DNA from: Nitrososphaerales archaeon
GTDB taxonomy: Archaea; Thermoproteota; Nitrososphaeria; Nitrososphaerales; UBA213
Assembly: GCA_965197925.1 (NCBI GenBank)
Contig: CBDAOC010000020.1
Coordinates: 288,001 to 352,000 of the forward strand
Length of the DNA: 64,000 nucleotides
Direction of reading: 5' to 3'
Shown here: in pieces, positions 41,195 to 52,658 of the stretch
How the letters are laid out: every line of letters begins with the position of its first letter
How positions within the stretch are numbered: position 1 is the stretch's first letter
Made by a program: the position numbers and the translations under genes
Notes under the pieces: generated by a model
Databases searched by the model: none
Told to the model about the DNA's origin: nothing
What the model saw: only the letters and a program-made list of their open reading frames with translations

Positions 41195-43513
41195 ATGGAA
41201 GCAAAAATAAAGGAAAAGACTTGGGATCCCCTTATCGAGCAAAGCATCCTTAAGAGATGGGAATATGAGAATTTACACAAATTTGATGTAAATGCAGGTA
41301 AACCATTTGTAATCGATACACCTCCACCTTATCCCTCTGGCAGACCATGGCACATAGGAGCTGCTGCGCACTATGCGCAGATTGACATGATTGCTAGGAT
41401 TTCAAGAATGTTGGGTAACAATGTCCTGTTTCCCATTGGAATAGATAGAAATGGTCTACCTGTTGAGATTTACACCGAAAAAAAGTATAAGATAAGCATG
41501 CGGCATACTGAGCGAGAAAAGTTTCTGGAGCTTTGCAAATCTGCCTTGGACGATCTTGAAGCAGAAATGATACAAATCATGAAGAATATGGGGCTTAGCA
41601 ATGATTTTGGTAAGTACTACCGTACGGACTCTGATGAATTTAGGGCTCTAACACAGTCAACATTCATTGAACTATGGAACAGAGGTTTGGTTTATGAATC
41701 AAACAGACCAAACAATTATTGCAATCTCTGTGGATCGACAATAGCGGATGCCGAAGTTGCTCACCAGGAAATAGAATCAAGGTTAGTACACATTAAGTTT
41801 GGGTTAAATGAGAAAAAAACCGATTTGGTAATTGCAACCACTAGGCCTGAACTCTTATGCTCCTGTCGGGCCGTGATAGTAAACCCTGCAGATGAAAGGT
41901 ATAAGGATATACATGGAATGCATGCTGTACTACCATTATTCGATAGAGAAGTTGAGGTAAAAGCCCATCCGGCTGCCAAACCAGAGTTCGGTTCTGGTGT
42001 TGTAATGATATGTAGTTATGGTGATCATACAGACGTACAATTGATAAGGGAATTCGGATTGGAGGAAATAGTTGCCGTGAATGAAAATGGCAAAATGACC
42101 CAAAATGCCAAACAGTATGCCGATTTGAAGGTCTCCAAGGCAAGGGATCAAGTAATAGAGGATTTGAGAAGCAAAGGTCTTGTCGTAAAGGAAGAGAAGA
42201 TAATGCACAGTACACCGATCTGTGAGAGACATAAAACTCCAATTGAGATCATTCCAATGAAGGAGTATTATGTGAAGCAGATTGATTTTGTTCCAGCATT
42301 AAGAGAATTCTCGAACAAGATGAGGTTTCATCCCGGTATGCATAAGCATATTTTTCTGAACTGGCTGGACTCCATAACGATAGACTGGCCAGTGTCGAGA
42401 CGAAGATTCTATGGGACAGAAATTCCTATATGGTATTGCAAAAAATGCGAAAAGCCCAACTTGCCTGAACCTGGCAAATACTACAAACCTTGGAAAGAGG
42501 ATCCCCCCTTCAGGTGTTGCAGATATTGTAATGGTACGGAGTTCATTGGTGATGATAGGACATTCGATACTTGGATGGATTCTAGCATTTCACCTTTGTT
42601 CATTACAAGATACAAAAGGGATGAACAATTCTTTAATGCAACCTACCCTGCCACTCTAAGACCCCAAGCCAAAGATATAGTCAGGACATGGTTGCACTAT
42701 ACAGTGTTACGATGTTACCAGTTGACTGACAAAGCACCATTTGAGAAGGTGTGGATAATGGGATATGGCGTTGATGAAAAGGGAGAAAGAATGAGCAAAA
42801 GTAGAGGCAATGTGATAGATCCATTTCCGATAATTAAAAAATACGGTGCAGATACCTTCAGGTTCTGGAGTGCAAGTGAAGTCAATTTGGGTTATGATTT
42901 TCGTTGCTCCGAACTAAAGATAGCTGGTACACAAAAATTTTTAACTAAATTATGGAACATAGCCAGATTCATCTCAACATTCCCGTTGCAGAATATGGCA
43001 ACCATTTATCCTAGTGATAAATGGATCCTAGGTGAATTATCGTCCTTGATTGAACAGTGTAGAAAGGGATATGAGGAATTGAACTTCTTCATTCCCGCTA
43101 CAGCAATAAGAGAATTTACATGGAACGTTTTTGCTGCACATTATGTAGAAATGGTGAAGGCAAGATCTTATGGATTGGGATTCGATGATGAGGAGAAAAA
43201 AGCGGGATGGTACACTTTACACAAGTCTTTCTCTACTATATTGATCCTGCTATCACCTATCATCCCATTCATAACAGATCATTTGTGGCGTTCACTGTAC
43301 TCACACGAAAGTATACACAAGCAGAAATTCCCAGAACAGATCGGCTATACGGAACTAGCAAATTATACGAAACAAATTTCAGAATTCAATTCTTCCATAT
43401 GGAATAGCAAAAAGGAGAAGGGAATGTCTCTAAAGGAACCCATAAACATTAGTATCCCAAGTGATCTGGAATTATTCCAAAAAGATCTGGTGCCAATGCA
43501 TAACATAAAATAA
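41195..43513 (+). CDS. valS: Valine--tRNA ligase
   Basis: IDTPPPYPSG, HIGA, ATTRPE, DTWMDSS and RMSKS motifs. Confidence 0.95.
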   Translation: MEAKIKEKTWDPLIEQSILKRWEYENLHKFDVNAGKPFVIDTPPPYPSGRPWHIGAAAHYAQIDMIARISRMLGNNVLFPIGIDRNGLPVEIYTEKKYKISMRHTEREKFLELCKSALDDLEAEMIQIMKNMGLSNDFGKYYRTDSDEFRALTQSTFIELWNRGLVYESNRPNNYCNLCGSTIADAEVAHQEIESRLVHIKFGLNEKKTDLVIATTRPELLCSCRAVIVNPADERYKDIHGMHAVLPLFDREVEVKAHPAAKPEFGSGVVMICSYGDHTDVQLIREFGLEEIVAVNENGKMTQNAKQYADLKVSKARDQVIEDLRSKGLVVKEEKIMHSTPICERHKTPIEIIPMKEYYVKQIDFVPALREFSNKMRFHPGMHKHIFLNWLDSITIDWPVSRRRFYGTEIPIWYCKKCEKPNLPEPGKYYKPWKEDPPFRCCRYCNGTEFIGDDRTFDTWMDSSISPLFITRYKRDEQFFNATYPATLRPQAKDIVRTWLHYTVLRCYQLTDKAPFEKVWIMGYGVDEKGERMSKSRGNVIDPFPIIKKYGADTFRFWSASEVNLGYDFRCSELKIAGTQKFLTKLWNIARFISTFPLQNMATIYPSDKWILGELSSLIEQCRKGYEELNFFIPATAIREFTWNVFAAHYVEMVKARSYGLGFDDEEKKAGWYTLHKSFSTILILLSPIIPFITDHLWRSLYSHESIHKQKFPEQIGYTELANYTKQISEFNSSIWNSKKEKGMSLKEPINISIPSDLELFQKDLVPMHNIK

Positions 43514-43557
43514 CTTAAGCAGCAATACTGATTTAGTACGACCATATTAGATTCTAT

Positions 43558-44586
43558 GTGAAGGCAACTGTTATACATGAACATGGGGGCACAGATAAAT
43601 TAATTTATCAAGAAATCAATACCCCAAAACCTTCCAAGGAGGGTGTATTGGTCAAGGTTATGACCTGTGCTGTGAACCATCTGGATATATGGATCAGAAA
43701 AGGACTACCAGGTAAAACTCTACAGTTCCCTCACATACTTGGTTGCGATATTGTTGGTGAAATTGAAAGCCGGAACAAAAATATCCCAATTGGGAACAGG
43801 GTCATGGTATATCCTGGACTTAGCTGTGGTAAATGTTTCTATTGTAGGAAATCAAAAGAAAATCTGTGCAACAAGTTTTCGATTATCGGCGGTTTCAGCA
43901 ATATTCATGGTGGTTACGCAGAATGCGTTAGAGTTCCATTAAGGAACATTGTAAAGGTACCTTCATGGTTGACTTTTGATGAAGCTGCGTGTCTAGGAGT
44001 ATCCTATCTAGTTTCATGGAATATGTTGAAAAGTGCTAATGTAGGTAGAGGAACAACCTTGCTTGTATACGGTGCAGGCAGTGGTGTAGGTTCAGCTACG
44101 ATACAGCTCGCAAGGGCAAGGGGTGCAAAGGTTATCACAACTGTAGGTGATAAAGGGAAAATTGCCTTGGCAAAAAAGCATGGGACGGCGTCTGTTATTA
44201 ATAGAATGAAGAATGATATTGTTAAAGAAGTTATGAGTCTAACTGGAAACGGTGTTGATGTAGTTATAGATCACGTTGGTGCAAACACTTGGATGACCAG
44301 TCTTAGATGCCTGAAGATTGGAGGTACATTGGCAGTATGTGGTGCTACTTCGGGTGAAACCACTGCCGTAGAGATCAGAACAGTGTACAACAAACAATTA
44401 TCAATCATAGGAGCATACTTGGGAAGAAAAAACGAATTGATAGAAATGATGTCATTCATGCAGGCAAAAAAGATCAAGCCAATCATAGATTCCAAATATA
44501 GGTTAAGCGAAGCTGCGAAAGCCCATGAGAGAATGGAGAACAGTGACCATTTCGGAAAAATACTCTTGAAATGTCAGAACTATTAG
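43558..44586 (+). CDS. Zinc-binding alcohol dehydrogenase/MDR family
   Basis: AVNHLD, CGKCFYC...C and GAGSGVG motifs. Confidence 0.9.
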   Translation: MKATVIHEHGGTDKLIYQEINTPKPSKEGVLVKVMTCAVNHLDIWIRKGLPGKTLQFPHILGCDIVGEIESRNKNIPIGNRVMVYPGLSCGKCFYCRKSKENLCNKFSIIGGFSNIHGGYAECVRVPLRNIVKVPSWLTFDEAACLGVSYLVSWNMLKSANVGRGTTLLVYGAGSGVGSATIQLARARGAKVITTVGDKGKIALAKKHGTASVINRMKNDIVKEVMSLTGNGVDVVIDHVGANTWMTSLRCLKIGGTLAVCGATSGETTAVEIRTVYNKQLSIIGAYLGRKNELIEMMSFMQAKKIKPIIDSKYRLSEAAKAHERMENSDHFGKILLKCQNY

Positions 44587-44782
44587 AAATATGCTTTTCT
44601 ATTTATTCCCTGTACATTATCCCATACATATCCAAATATAACTAGTGTTTAGTTCCTTCATTAAATGGAAAGTAAGGGCAGTTTCTTCCAGCTAAAACTG
44701 TAATATTTAGACATAAGCACTTTTCATATTCTTTTGGGCTAAAATCATTAGACTCATTTTGGACCTAGGAAAGGGTGTTACA

Positions 44783-46507
44783 TCATTTTAGACTCTGTAA
44801 TAATTTGTCTGCGGGTAAAGTATTAAGAATATCAGAATCTTCAGCCCAGCCTCGTCTTGCCTGCCCTATACCAAAAGTTAAGAATTTATAGTGAAATGGA
44901 TGGTGAGCATCTGAATCAATTACCAGTTTAACCCCATTTTTCACCGCCATTTTTACATACTCATCCTTTAAATCAAGCCTGTTGTAGTGCGCATCTATCT
45001 CGAGTGTAGTATTAGTATCCCTTGCCACTTCAATTACCTTCTCCATCTCTACGGGATATCCTTCCCTTTTGTTGATCAATCTTCCGGTAGGATGAAATAA
45101 TACGTCAACACTAGGATTTTTTGCTGCTGTTATCAATCTTTCAGTTTGGACTTCAATGGACTGCTTAAAATTGTAATGGATGGAAGCACCTACTAGATCC
45201 AATTTGTCAAGCACATTATTTGAAATATCAAGTGAACCATCCTTCAATATGTTTACTTCGGCAGCAGATAATATCCTAAAATCAAGTTTATCATTAAGCT
45301 CGGCAATCTTGTTGGCCTGCTCCAACAATTGTTTTTCATCAAGCCCATGTGTTATTGCAAGGCTTTTCGTGTGATCAGTAATAGCAATATAATCCAGTCC
45401 AATTTCTCGTTTTGCGGCTAAAGCCATCTCCTCTATTGACATTGTCCCATCGGTGCTGTTGCTGTGGACCTGCAGATCGCCCTTCAAACTTCCATATTCA
45501 ACCAATTTTGGTAGCTTAGAGTTATTTGCAAAGTTAACTTCACCATTATTTTCACGCATCTCCGGAGGTATCCAATCTAATCCTATTGCTCGGTAAACTT
45601 CTTCTTCAGTTCCTCCTCCAATACACTGCCCATCATTCTTGAAAACCCCCCATTCGTTAAGACTAAGACCTTTTGCAGTTGCTCTCTTCTGAATTTCCTC
45701 TACGTGTTCTGCGCTCCCAGTGAAATTGTGAAGAGCGGAACCGAGACTTTCCTCGGGGACTATCAAAAGATCTACGATTATTCCATTTTTCAATTGCAAA
45801 GATGCTCTGTTCGATCCCCTCTTCAATATTCTTTGAACTTCGGGTATGCTATTGGAAGAGTCTATTACCTTTTCCGGATCTTGCGAGATCACCACATAAT
45901 CCATATCATGTATAATTTCTTTCATTCTCCTAACCGACCCAACAACTGCGGCTTCTTTAACTCCCTCAATCTTTGACAGATACAATTCCATTTCTCTGAC
46001 CAATGGATAAACCTCACCCAGAATGTACTGACCCCTAGATTTCTTGATGAACAAAATATTTTCCAAAGTAGCTTGTACCTTTTTCGCAGAAAATCCACGA
46101 ACGGTATGAAGCTTTCCTTCGGACGCTACCTTTTCTAGATCAATCAAATTCTTGACCTTTAGTTTGTCATATAATATCTTGATGGTTTTCGGACCTATTC
46201 CCTCTATACTAGACAGCTCATCAATCTTAATTGGGATCTTTGTTCTCAGTTCCTCAAGATGCATGATTTTTCCTGTTGTTAAACATTCTTCAATTTTTGA
46301 AGCAACGGCTTTTCCAACGGATGGAATCTCAAGCAATCCTTTCAGTCCTTTGTTTCGGTATATATCCTCAATATTTGAAGATAAATCTGTAATCGCATCT
46401 GCAGCGCTATGATATGCCCTAGCTTTGAAGGAGGCATTAACATCTTCTTCTACTTCAGTAAGTAATCCTAGTTCATGCAAGATCTTGGCGATAAGATGGT
46501 TCTCCAC
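44783..46507 (-). CDS. polX: DNA polymerase X with PHP domain
   Basis: GSVRR...DMD, VDL, FTGS; PHP HSNSTDG, TDH and DSDAH motifs. Confidence 0.95.
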   Translation of the reverse strand: MENHLIAKILHELGLLTEVEEDVNASFKARAYHSAADAITDLSSNIEDIYRNKGLKGLLEIPSVGKAVASKIEECLTTGKIMHLEELRTKIPIKIDELSSIEGIGPKTIKILYDKLKVKNLIDLEKVASEGKLHTVRGFSAKKVQATLENILFIKKSRGQYILGEVYPLVREMELYLSKIEGVKEAAVVGSVRRMKEIIHDMDYVVISQDPEKVIDSSNSIPEVQRILKRGSNRASLQLKNGIIVDLLIVPEESLGSALHNFTGSAEHVEEIQKRATAKGLSLNEWGVFKNDGQCIGGGTEEEVYRAIGLDWIPPEMRENNGEVNFANNSKLPKLVEYGSLKGDLQVHSNSTDGTMSIEEMALAAKREIGLDYIAITDHTKSLAITHGLDEKQLLEQANKIAELNDKLDFRILSAAEVNILKDGSLDISNNVLDKLDLVGASIHYNFKQSIEVQTERLITAAKNPSVDVLFHPTGRLINKREGYPVEMEKVIEVARDTNTTLEIDAHYNRLDLKDEYVKMAVKNGVKLVIDSDAHHPFHYKFLTFGIGQARRGWAEDSDILNTLPADKLLQSLK

Positions 46508-46772
46508 ATTCTAAATAGCTAAAGATATAGTTCTTATTGTTATCTATTAATACACCCGTCATAAACCCGAATTCAAATGCGTATATCTTTATTCAAAGGA
46601 AATTGAAAATTTCTGCAGCACCTCATTTTAATGACTTTGCCATAAGTAGATTCTATACCATATTCATGGCTGGTTGAGGTTAAAAAAGAATACATTATCG
46701 AACTCAATTACCAATGAATTTACGGACCTTTTCTATCATCACAAATTTAGAAATAAATTCAGGCATCTAATA

Positions 46773-47393
46773 TTACTTTGTATACTCAGCTACTAGACTT
46801 GTAAAAAGTTTGTGGAATCTTGCATCGTTTGACAATTCTGGATGGAATGAAGTTACTATAACATTTCCCTGTTTTACACCAACTATTTTGTTGTTCAAGG
46901 TCGCAATTGCATCGACAGAGTTCTTCACTTCAGTAACTACCGGCGATCGGATAAAAACACCGTTGAATTTTTCTTTTCCGATCAAAGGTATCTCCATTTC
47001 AGCTTCAAACGAGTTATTCTGCCTTCCAAAAGCATTTCTTTCTATAGTGATATCCAAAATGCTGAGTAGTTCTTGTGTTGTTTCCCCTACAATTTTGTCG
47101 TAAGCACGTGTAGCAAGCATAATCATACCAGCACATATCCCCATAACGGGCATCCCTTGCTTCACCCTATCTTTTATCACCTGTGTTGCACCGCTTAATT
47201 TCGCCAGAGTTCCAATAACGGTGCTCTCTCCGCCAGGCAGAATCAGACCATCAATACTTGAGATTTCATCTACATATTTTACCGGTGTGACTCTTCCCTT
47301 AATTCCGAGTTCACTTAACGCTAGGTCCGTTGCAGAAAGGTTTTCCTCGACATCTCCTTGGATGGCAAGTATACCTATTTCCACCTGCTTCAT
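46773..47393 (-). CDS. pdxT: Pyridoxal 5'-phosphate synthase, glutaminase subunit
   Basis: PGGEST, GICAG, RNAFGRQ and FHPEL motifs. Confidence 0.97.
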   Translation of the reverse strand: MKQVEIGILAIQGDVEENLSATDLALSELGIKGRVTPVKYVDEISSIDGLILPGGESTVIGTLAKLSGATQVIKDRVKQGMPVMGICAGMIMLATRAYDKIVGETTQELLSILDITIERNAFGRQNNSFEAEMEIPLIGKEKFNGVFIRSPVVTEVKNSVDAIATLNNKIVGVKQGNVIVTSFHPELSNDARFHKLFTSLVAEYTK

Positions 47394-48358
47394 GCGTTGC
47401 CTCCTCTTTCCTGCATCCTAAGATCAAGGTTCGTCGTATCCATTCCTAACATGGATTTCTTTTCATCAACCATCTTCTGGGCTTCCATTACTTGCTTAGG
47501 GTCATCATAATATGTGGTAGCTATCACAACTGCCCTTGCCCTTTCGGCAGGATCATCCGCTTTGAATATCCCAGAACCGACAAACACCCCATCACAGCCA
47601 AGATTCATAAGAAATGCTGCGTCTGCCGGTGTTGAAATGCCGCCTGCTGCAAAATTTACTAAAGGCAATCTTCCGAGCTTGGCAGTCTCTTCAACATAAA
47701 CATATGATACTCTCAGTTCTCTTGAAGCCTTGACCAATTCTTGTATATCACCAGATTCGTGAATAGACTTTATTCTCCTGATTTCATTGTTAACAAGCTT
47801 GATGTGCTTGACAGCTTCTGCAACATTCCCAGTGCCAGGTTCACCTTTGGTCCTTATCATAGAACATCCCTCCTCCATTCGTCTCAACGCCTCACCAAGA
47901 TTTCTAGCGCCATTAACGAATGGTAGAGTAAAATCCCACTTCCATATGTGCCGTTCTTCATCTGCCGGGGTAAGAACTTCGGATTCATCGATCATATCAA
48001 CACAGCTGGCCTCAAGAATTCTTGCCTCATAAACATGTCCTATCCTACACTTTGCCATCATTGGAATGGTGATATTGTCCCTTATCTCTTCGATAACTTT
48101 GATGCTTGCAGTTCTTGCAACACCACCTGCTTTCCTAACATCAAATGGTAACTTGTCAAGTACCATTACCGCAACCGCACCCGCGTCTTCGGCAATTTGT
48201 GCCTGTTCAATATTAGTAACATCCATGATTACGCCATGCTTCTGCATGTGTGCAAAGCCACGCTTTACTAGAGTAGTTCCCTTCCTTACTGGACTGCTTT
48301 CCAAGTTTTCCAATTTGATGCCCTTTGGTTGCAATTCAGTTGATAGTAGAGATATCAT
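47390..48358 (-). CDS. pdxS: Pyridoxal 5'-phosphate synthase, lyase subunit
   Basis: [29 protein letters not shown] and [10 protein letters not shown] motifs. Confidence 0.97.
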   Translation of the reverse strand: MISLLSTELQPKGIKLENLESSPVRKGTTLVKRGFAHMQKHGVIMDVTNIEQAQIAEDAGAVAVMVLDKLPFDVRKAGGVARTASIKVIEEIRDNITIPMMAKCRIGHVYEARILEASCVDMIDESEVLTPADEERHIWKWDFTLPFVNGARNLGEALRRMEEGCSMIRTKGEPGTGNVAEAVKHIKLVNNEIRRIKSIHESGDIQELVKASRELRVSYVYVEETAKLGRLPLVNFAAGGISTPADAAFLMNLGCDGVFVGSGIFKADDPAERARAVVIATTYYDDPKQVMEAQKMVDEKKSMLGMDTTNLDLRMQERGGNA

Positions 48359-48417
48359 AATCTAGCGATCTCCTAATACCATATTTACGTTTAACTTTAT
48401 TGGAGGAGTTTTCTACA

Positions 48418-48954
48418 TTATCCACTTTTTTGTCCATATTTTTCATAGTAGGTTATGTCTTCCAAGAAAATTCGTTCTAACTTTTCCGGAGGTTCATCAC
48501 TATATCCAATAGGTATGATCCCTATCGGTCTGACATGTTTGGGTAGTTTCAGTATTTTTCCCACTTTTTCATCTTGAAATGCGCCAACAAAGCAGGCTGC
48601 CAATCCTTCGTTCACAGCCGAAAGGAGAATTAGCATAGAGACAAAAGCCCCATCAATGATGCTGTAGAAGTTAACTCCTCTATCACCATACCTCTTTACA
48701 ACCCCTGTCTGTATTCGCACATACAGCAATAACTACTGGTGCTTTTGCTATGAAGTCTTGACCAACTGCCGCTTCTACAAGTTTGGCTTTTGTTATGTCA
48801 TCCTTTACAATTATGAATTCTTTTGCTGTAAAAACCCTGCTCTTGGAGCCCTATAGACATTTTTGAGCAGATTATTTATCATTACATCTTCAATCTCCTT
48901 AACCTTAAATGATCGCACCATTCTCCTCTTCTTGAGAAGCTGATCGAAATCCAT
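48418..48954 (-). pseudogene. Nitroreductase family protein, frameshifted
   Basis: MDFDQLLKKRRMVRSFK...RAPRAG; GQDFIAKAPV; GLAACFVGAF. Confidence 0.85.
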
Positions 48955-49567
48955 TATTACAATCATGTTGTATTGGGTTCAATATGTTTTCTCGCATCAG
49001 TCTTTTGAAGGAAATTGAATTCGCTTGTTGGGTTAAGGGGTTGAGACAGAAGGCAAGCATTCGGGGTTTCTCAGATTTATCCATTATGGGTTGTTGATTT
49101 AGCCATCTATAGAATTGGAGGAATTCCTTCTAGTGTAGTTTCCTCTCATCCATTCAAGTATACCCTTGATCACCTTTCCGCTATTATGGTTACAAGAATG
49201 AATCAAAGTGTGAAATTGGAAGTTTGTGGGAGAAATGTCAGTACATCTTCTGGTGTAAACCCTACCCTACCAAAGGGATATTCTAAACTTGTGAATATCT
49301 AAATTCATCCTCTTCACAATTGCGTTGGTAAGCCAAGTATGACGCTACATCGAATCCAGATGGGAGAGTAGGGATATATCTCCTAGTTTTATAAATAGGG
49401 AATGCCTTGGTCATTTTTCTCTATTGACTAATTTTGCCCTAAAGTTGTTGGACGGCAGAAATCCCTTACTTTCCTTCACATTGGATGCGCTCATCTTGGA
49501 GTGACAAGTATTTTATCATTACAAACCTCTCTTTGACGAATCTCAGTACAAATAACAACAAACAAAA

Positions 49568-49605
49568 TTGATTATGGTATTAGATTTTGATTATGGTATT
49601 AGATT
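49568..49605. promoter_or_regulatory. Perfect 19-bp tandem repeat TTGATTATGGTATTAGATT x2 upstream of phaE (candidate operator)
   Basis: Units at 49568-49586 and 49587-49605, 55 bp before the phaE start. Confidence 0.6.
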
Positions 49606-49660
49606 CCTTGAAAAGTTATTACTTGGCAAGTGGTATAAGAATTATGGAAGGTGGTAGTTA

Positions 49661-50266
49661 GTGACAGACGATCAGTCCAAATCTAATGATAAGGGTAATT
49701 CTGACACATTAAGAAATATGATCGATTCTTGGGTTGATACACTCAGGTGGATACAAAATAGAGCTCCTTACGCGCCAACTATAGGGCCTGCAGCAGGTTT
49801 GCTTAAAAATTCAACTGCCGTAAATGCTGAACTAGCACATGCTGCAGAAGAACTCTATGAATTCAACAAAATTCTTGCCCAGTACTATGCAAAAGTTAAT
49901 TCCTCTTGGGTGGAATCAACTAGAGAGGTAATGACCAAATGTCCTATCGACATAACTGATGAAAAGTCACGGGAAGAGTTGAAGAAGATTTGGATAGACA
50001 CATTCGAAGATAAGTTTACAATTATGTTTGATTCAGAAGATTTTGCCATAATTTTTGGAGAGCTGATGAAACATGAAATTCAATTCAATATCCACACGCA
50101 GAAATTGGTTGAAATTTGTTCTAGAAACCTGAATATACCAACGCGAAGCGAGCTCGAAAGCGTTTATGTAGAAATTGAACGCATAAAGAAGAAACTCAAA
50201 GAAATTTCAGACGTAATAGAGGAAATATCTGAGGGGGAAAAGAAGGATATAGCGAAGGTGTTGTAA
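49661..50266 (+). CDS. phaE: Class III PHA synthase subunit PhaE
   Basis: WIDTFE...F and LNIPTRSELESVY (PhaE box); directly upstream of phaC. Confidence 0.9.
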   Translation: MTDDQSKSNDKGNSDTLRNMIDSWVDTLRWIQNRAPYAPTIGPAAGLLKNSTAVNAELAHAAEELYEFNKILAQYYAKVNSSWVESTREVMTKCPIDITDEKSREELKKIWIDTFEDKFTIMFDSEDFAIIFGELMKHEIQFNIHTQKLVEICSRNLNIPTRSELESVYVEIERIKKKLKEISDVIEEISEGEKKDIAKVL

Positions 50267-50291
50267 TATTAGCTTTAGGAATTATTTAGAT

Positions 50292-51350
50292 ATGTTCTTT
50301 GCTATATTGGAGCAAATGCGAGGCTTCAACCAAGGTGTGTTGAAAGCTTCTGAATATGCAAATTCTATAGGGAACATCGATGTAGGAACAACGCCCGCCG
50401 ATGTCGTTCATCATGGTAGAAATCTTCGACTGTTGCATTATAAACCATTGGTCGAGAAGACCCATCCCATCCCGTTGTTGGTTGTTTATGCTCTAATAAA
50501 CCGATACTATGCATTGGATCTGCAGCCAGACAAGAGTTGGATCAGGGGTCTGTTGAATCATGGCTTTGACATTTACCTAATTGACTGGGGTTCACCACAG
50601 CCGATAGATCGATATCTAACATTTGACGATTATGTTAATCGATACTTGGATTATTTGGTAGATAAAATTAGTGATGCTTCTGGACAAGAAAAGATTTCAC
50701 TCCATGGATACTGTATGGGTGGTACTATGTCTGCTATGTATGCGTCACTTCATGGGGAAAAGGTCAAGAATCTATATCTAACATCACCTGTAATCGATGT
50801 GGAGAAAGATACCACGGTGTTGGGTAATCTTTCAAAGCATATAGATGCTGACTTGCTCGTAGATAATTTTGGCAATATTCCTCCAGAGTTCATGTATTTT
50901 TGTTATAGTATACTTAAACCATTCAAGCAGGGAGTAAGAAAGTACATGGATTTTGCCAACAAAGTAGGTGACAAGGGTTTTGTAGAAAACTTCTTACGTG
51001 TAGAGAAATGGCTTTACGATACACCAGCTATGGCCGGCGAAACATTCAGACAGTGGATTAAGGATATTTACCAGAAGAATCTGCTTGTGAAAAACCAATT
51101 GAAGCTTGGTGACAGAGTTGTTGATTTACGTAGGATTGATATGCCTTTGCTTACTGTAGTAGCTGAGGATGATCATCTAGTATCCCCCGAATGTAGTGTA
51201 CCGCTGAATTACATAGTTTCAAGCGAAGATAAGGAGCTAAAGGTTTATCCTACGGGTCATATAGGTTTGCTCGCAAGTGACTTCTCACAGAAGCAAATAA
51301 TACCAGAAGTTGCTACTTGGTTGAGAGAAAGATCATATAATCATTCCTAG
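50292..51350 (+). CDS. phaC: Class III PHA synthase subunit PhaC
   Basis: VYALINR, DLQPD, IDWG, GYCMGG lipase box, DHLV and GHIG. Confidence 0.95.
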   Translation: MFFAILEQMRGFNQGVLKASEYANSIGNIDVGTTPADVVHHGRNLRLLHYKPLVEKTHPIPLLVVYALINRYYALDLQPDKSWIRGLLNHGFDIYLIDWGSPQPIDRYLTFDDYVNRYLDYLVDKISDASGQEKISLHGYCMGGTMSAMYASLHGEKVKNLYLTSPVIDVEKDTTVLGNLSKHIDADLLVDNFGNIPPEFMYFCYSILKPFKQGVRKYMDFANKVGDKGFVENFLRVEKWLYDTPAMAGETFRQWIKDIYQKNLLVKNQLKLGDRVVDLRRIDMPLLTVVAEDDHLVSPECSVPLNYIVSSEDKELKVYPTGHIGLLASDFSQKQIIPEVATWLRERSYNHS

Positions 51351-51718
51351 GCTATCTCATTGGAATCAAAAATTTCCGATATAGAATTTGCAATTTCAAT
51401 AGCCTTGTTATTCTCGACATGGGGTTGTAGAGTTACCAATACTATAATTTGTCCTCGATAGAATGTCAGTTGCTTCAGCTTCTCTCTTTCAACAAAAGCC
51501 ATATGTGTCTTTCCATATAATTTGTTGAACATCTCATACATCTCCCTTCTTATTGCAATTTGGTTAAACCAGCGTTTTTGATGTATTTCTCCTTCGATTG
51601 ATTCAATACCTTCCCTCATACTTCCTTCGACTAACTTTCCAGATTTGTTTATCAGGCCTACAAACCTTATATTATTATCAATATCAAATATAGCACCTAA
51701 TAGCTGCTTATGATCCAC
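51347..51718 (-). CDS. Roadblock/DUF6659-like small protein
   Basis: IFDIDNNIRFVGLINKSGKLVEGSMREG. Confidence 0.7.
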   Translation of the reverse strand: MDHKQLLGAIFDIDNNIRFVGLINKSGKLVEGSMREGIESIEGEIHQKRWFNQIAIRREMYEMFNKLYGKTHMAFVEREKLKQLTFYRGQIIVLVTLQPHVENNKAIEIANSISEIFDSNEIA

Positions 51719-51774
51719 ACCTAGATATGAACTGTAGAAATTAAAAAGCCTTTAAAAAAAATTGTTTTTACCAT

Positions 51775-52188
51775 CTAAGCTTTAGATGATACAAAAGTTT
51801 GCCATGTCTTTAACAAGTTCGCGTTTATCCTTGCAAATGTATCAATGCTAGTGCCAAAGGTTTTGACATTCTGTGTTGTTGCATCAACGCTTGCTATGAT
51901 TGCCTTGTTACCAATTGTTGCAGCCTTTAGGAAGGTATCAGCTACCTCGCTGGCATTTCTTACAAGACCAGTTGAAAATTTCGCTTGGCCCCATGTAGCA
52001 TTTGCAAATTCCTTCTGCGCAGTTATAGCAGATTCCGTAGTACTCTTGAATACATCGGTACATTCTTGCTGTAGGTTTGTAAGTGACTGTAGGTATGCTG
52101 GTTGCAATTTCGCGACTTCGTCAATTACATTAGCAACACTATCCTGATAAATATCAAAGGCATCTTTTTCTTGTCTTTTCTCACTCAA
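51775..52188 (-). CDS. Phasin-like (PhaP) amphipathic helical protein; start TTG 52188 after a GAGGTG SD motif
   Basis: Ala/Thr/Gln-rich helical sequence, coupled to an AbrB gene, next to phaEC. Confidence 0.6.
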   Translation of the reverse strand: MSEKRQEKDAFDIYQDSVANVIDEVAKLQPAYLQSLTNLQQECTDVFKSTTESAITAQKEFANATWGQAKFSTGLVRNASEVADTFLKAATIGNKAIIASVDATTQNVKTFGTSIDTFARINANLLKTWQTFVSSKA

Positions 52189-52543
52189 TAAATTCACCTC
52201 CCTGGTTAATTTGGAATTTCCGGGAATCATCTCTAGTCTTATTTCGCCCCTTCCCCTTTTCCAAAGGAACGATGATAACCTGAACAAGATCTCCATCTTC
52301 TATCTCCAAGGCCTCTCTCTCCGCTTCAGGTATGGATATTCTACCATTGCTCTGCACGGTTGCTTTGAATACAGCATTGAAATTTGTGATAGTCTGCAAG
52401 ATGTTCATGAATCCCTGCATTGTTTCGAACTGCATTGAGGCCATTCGTTTTAAGAATTCAGACTGTGTCTCAGCCCCACTCTTCAGTGCTTTCTTAAAGA
52501 GTGAGGAAGAATTTAATTCGTTTTGGTTCTCTTCTTGATTCAT
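52181..52543 (-). CDS. AbrB/SpoVT-domain regulator (PhaR-like)
   Basis: FKATVQSNGRISIPEAEREALEIEDGDLVQVII resembles haloarchaeal PhaR AbrB domains. Confidence 0.8.
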   Translation of the reverse strand: MNQEENQNELNSSSLFKKALKSGAETQSEFLKRMASMQFETMQGFMNILQTITNFNAVFKATVQSNGRISIPEAEREALEIEDGDLVQVIIVPLEKGKGRNKTRDDSRKFQINQGGEFIE

Positions 52544-52658
52544 GGTTTTGATTCCCTTATAATACCATTCAGAGGGATCATTAATAAATATTGTGGTTAT
52601 AAATGGTGTTCAAGACCATCTCCAACCAACATATTCCTATACTATATAGATAAAATGA

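Noticed and set aside
48960..49560. Possible gene or IS remnant upstream of phaE
   Set aside because: No ORF, motif or repeat I could recognise.
52189..52296. N-terminal extension of ORF 51775..52296
   Set aside because: It overlaps the AbrB gene out of frame; the SD motif supports a TTG start at 52188.
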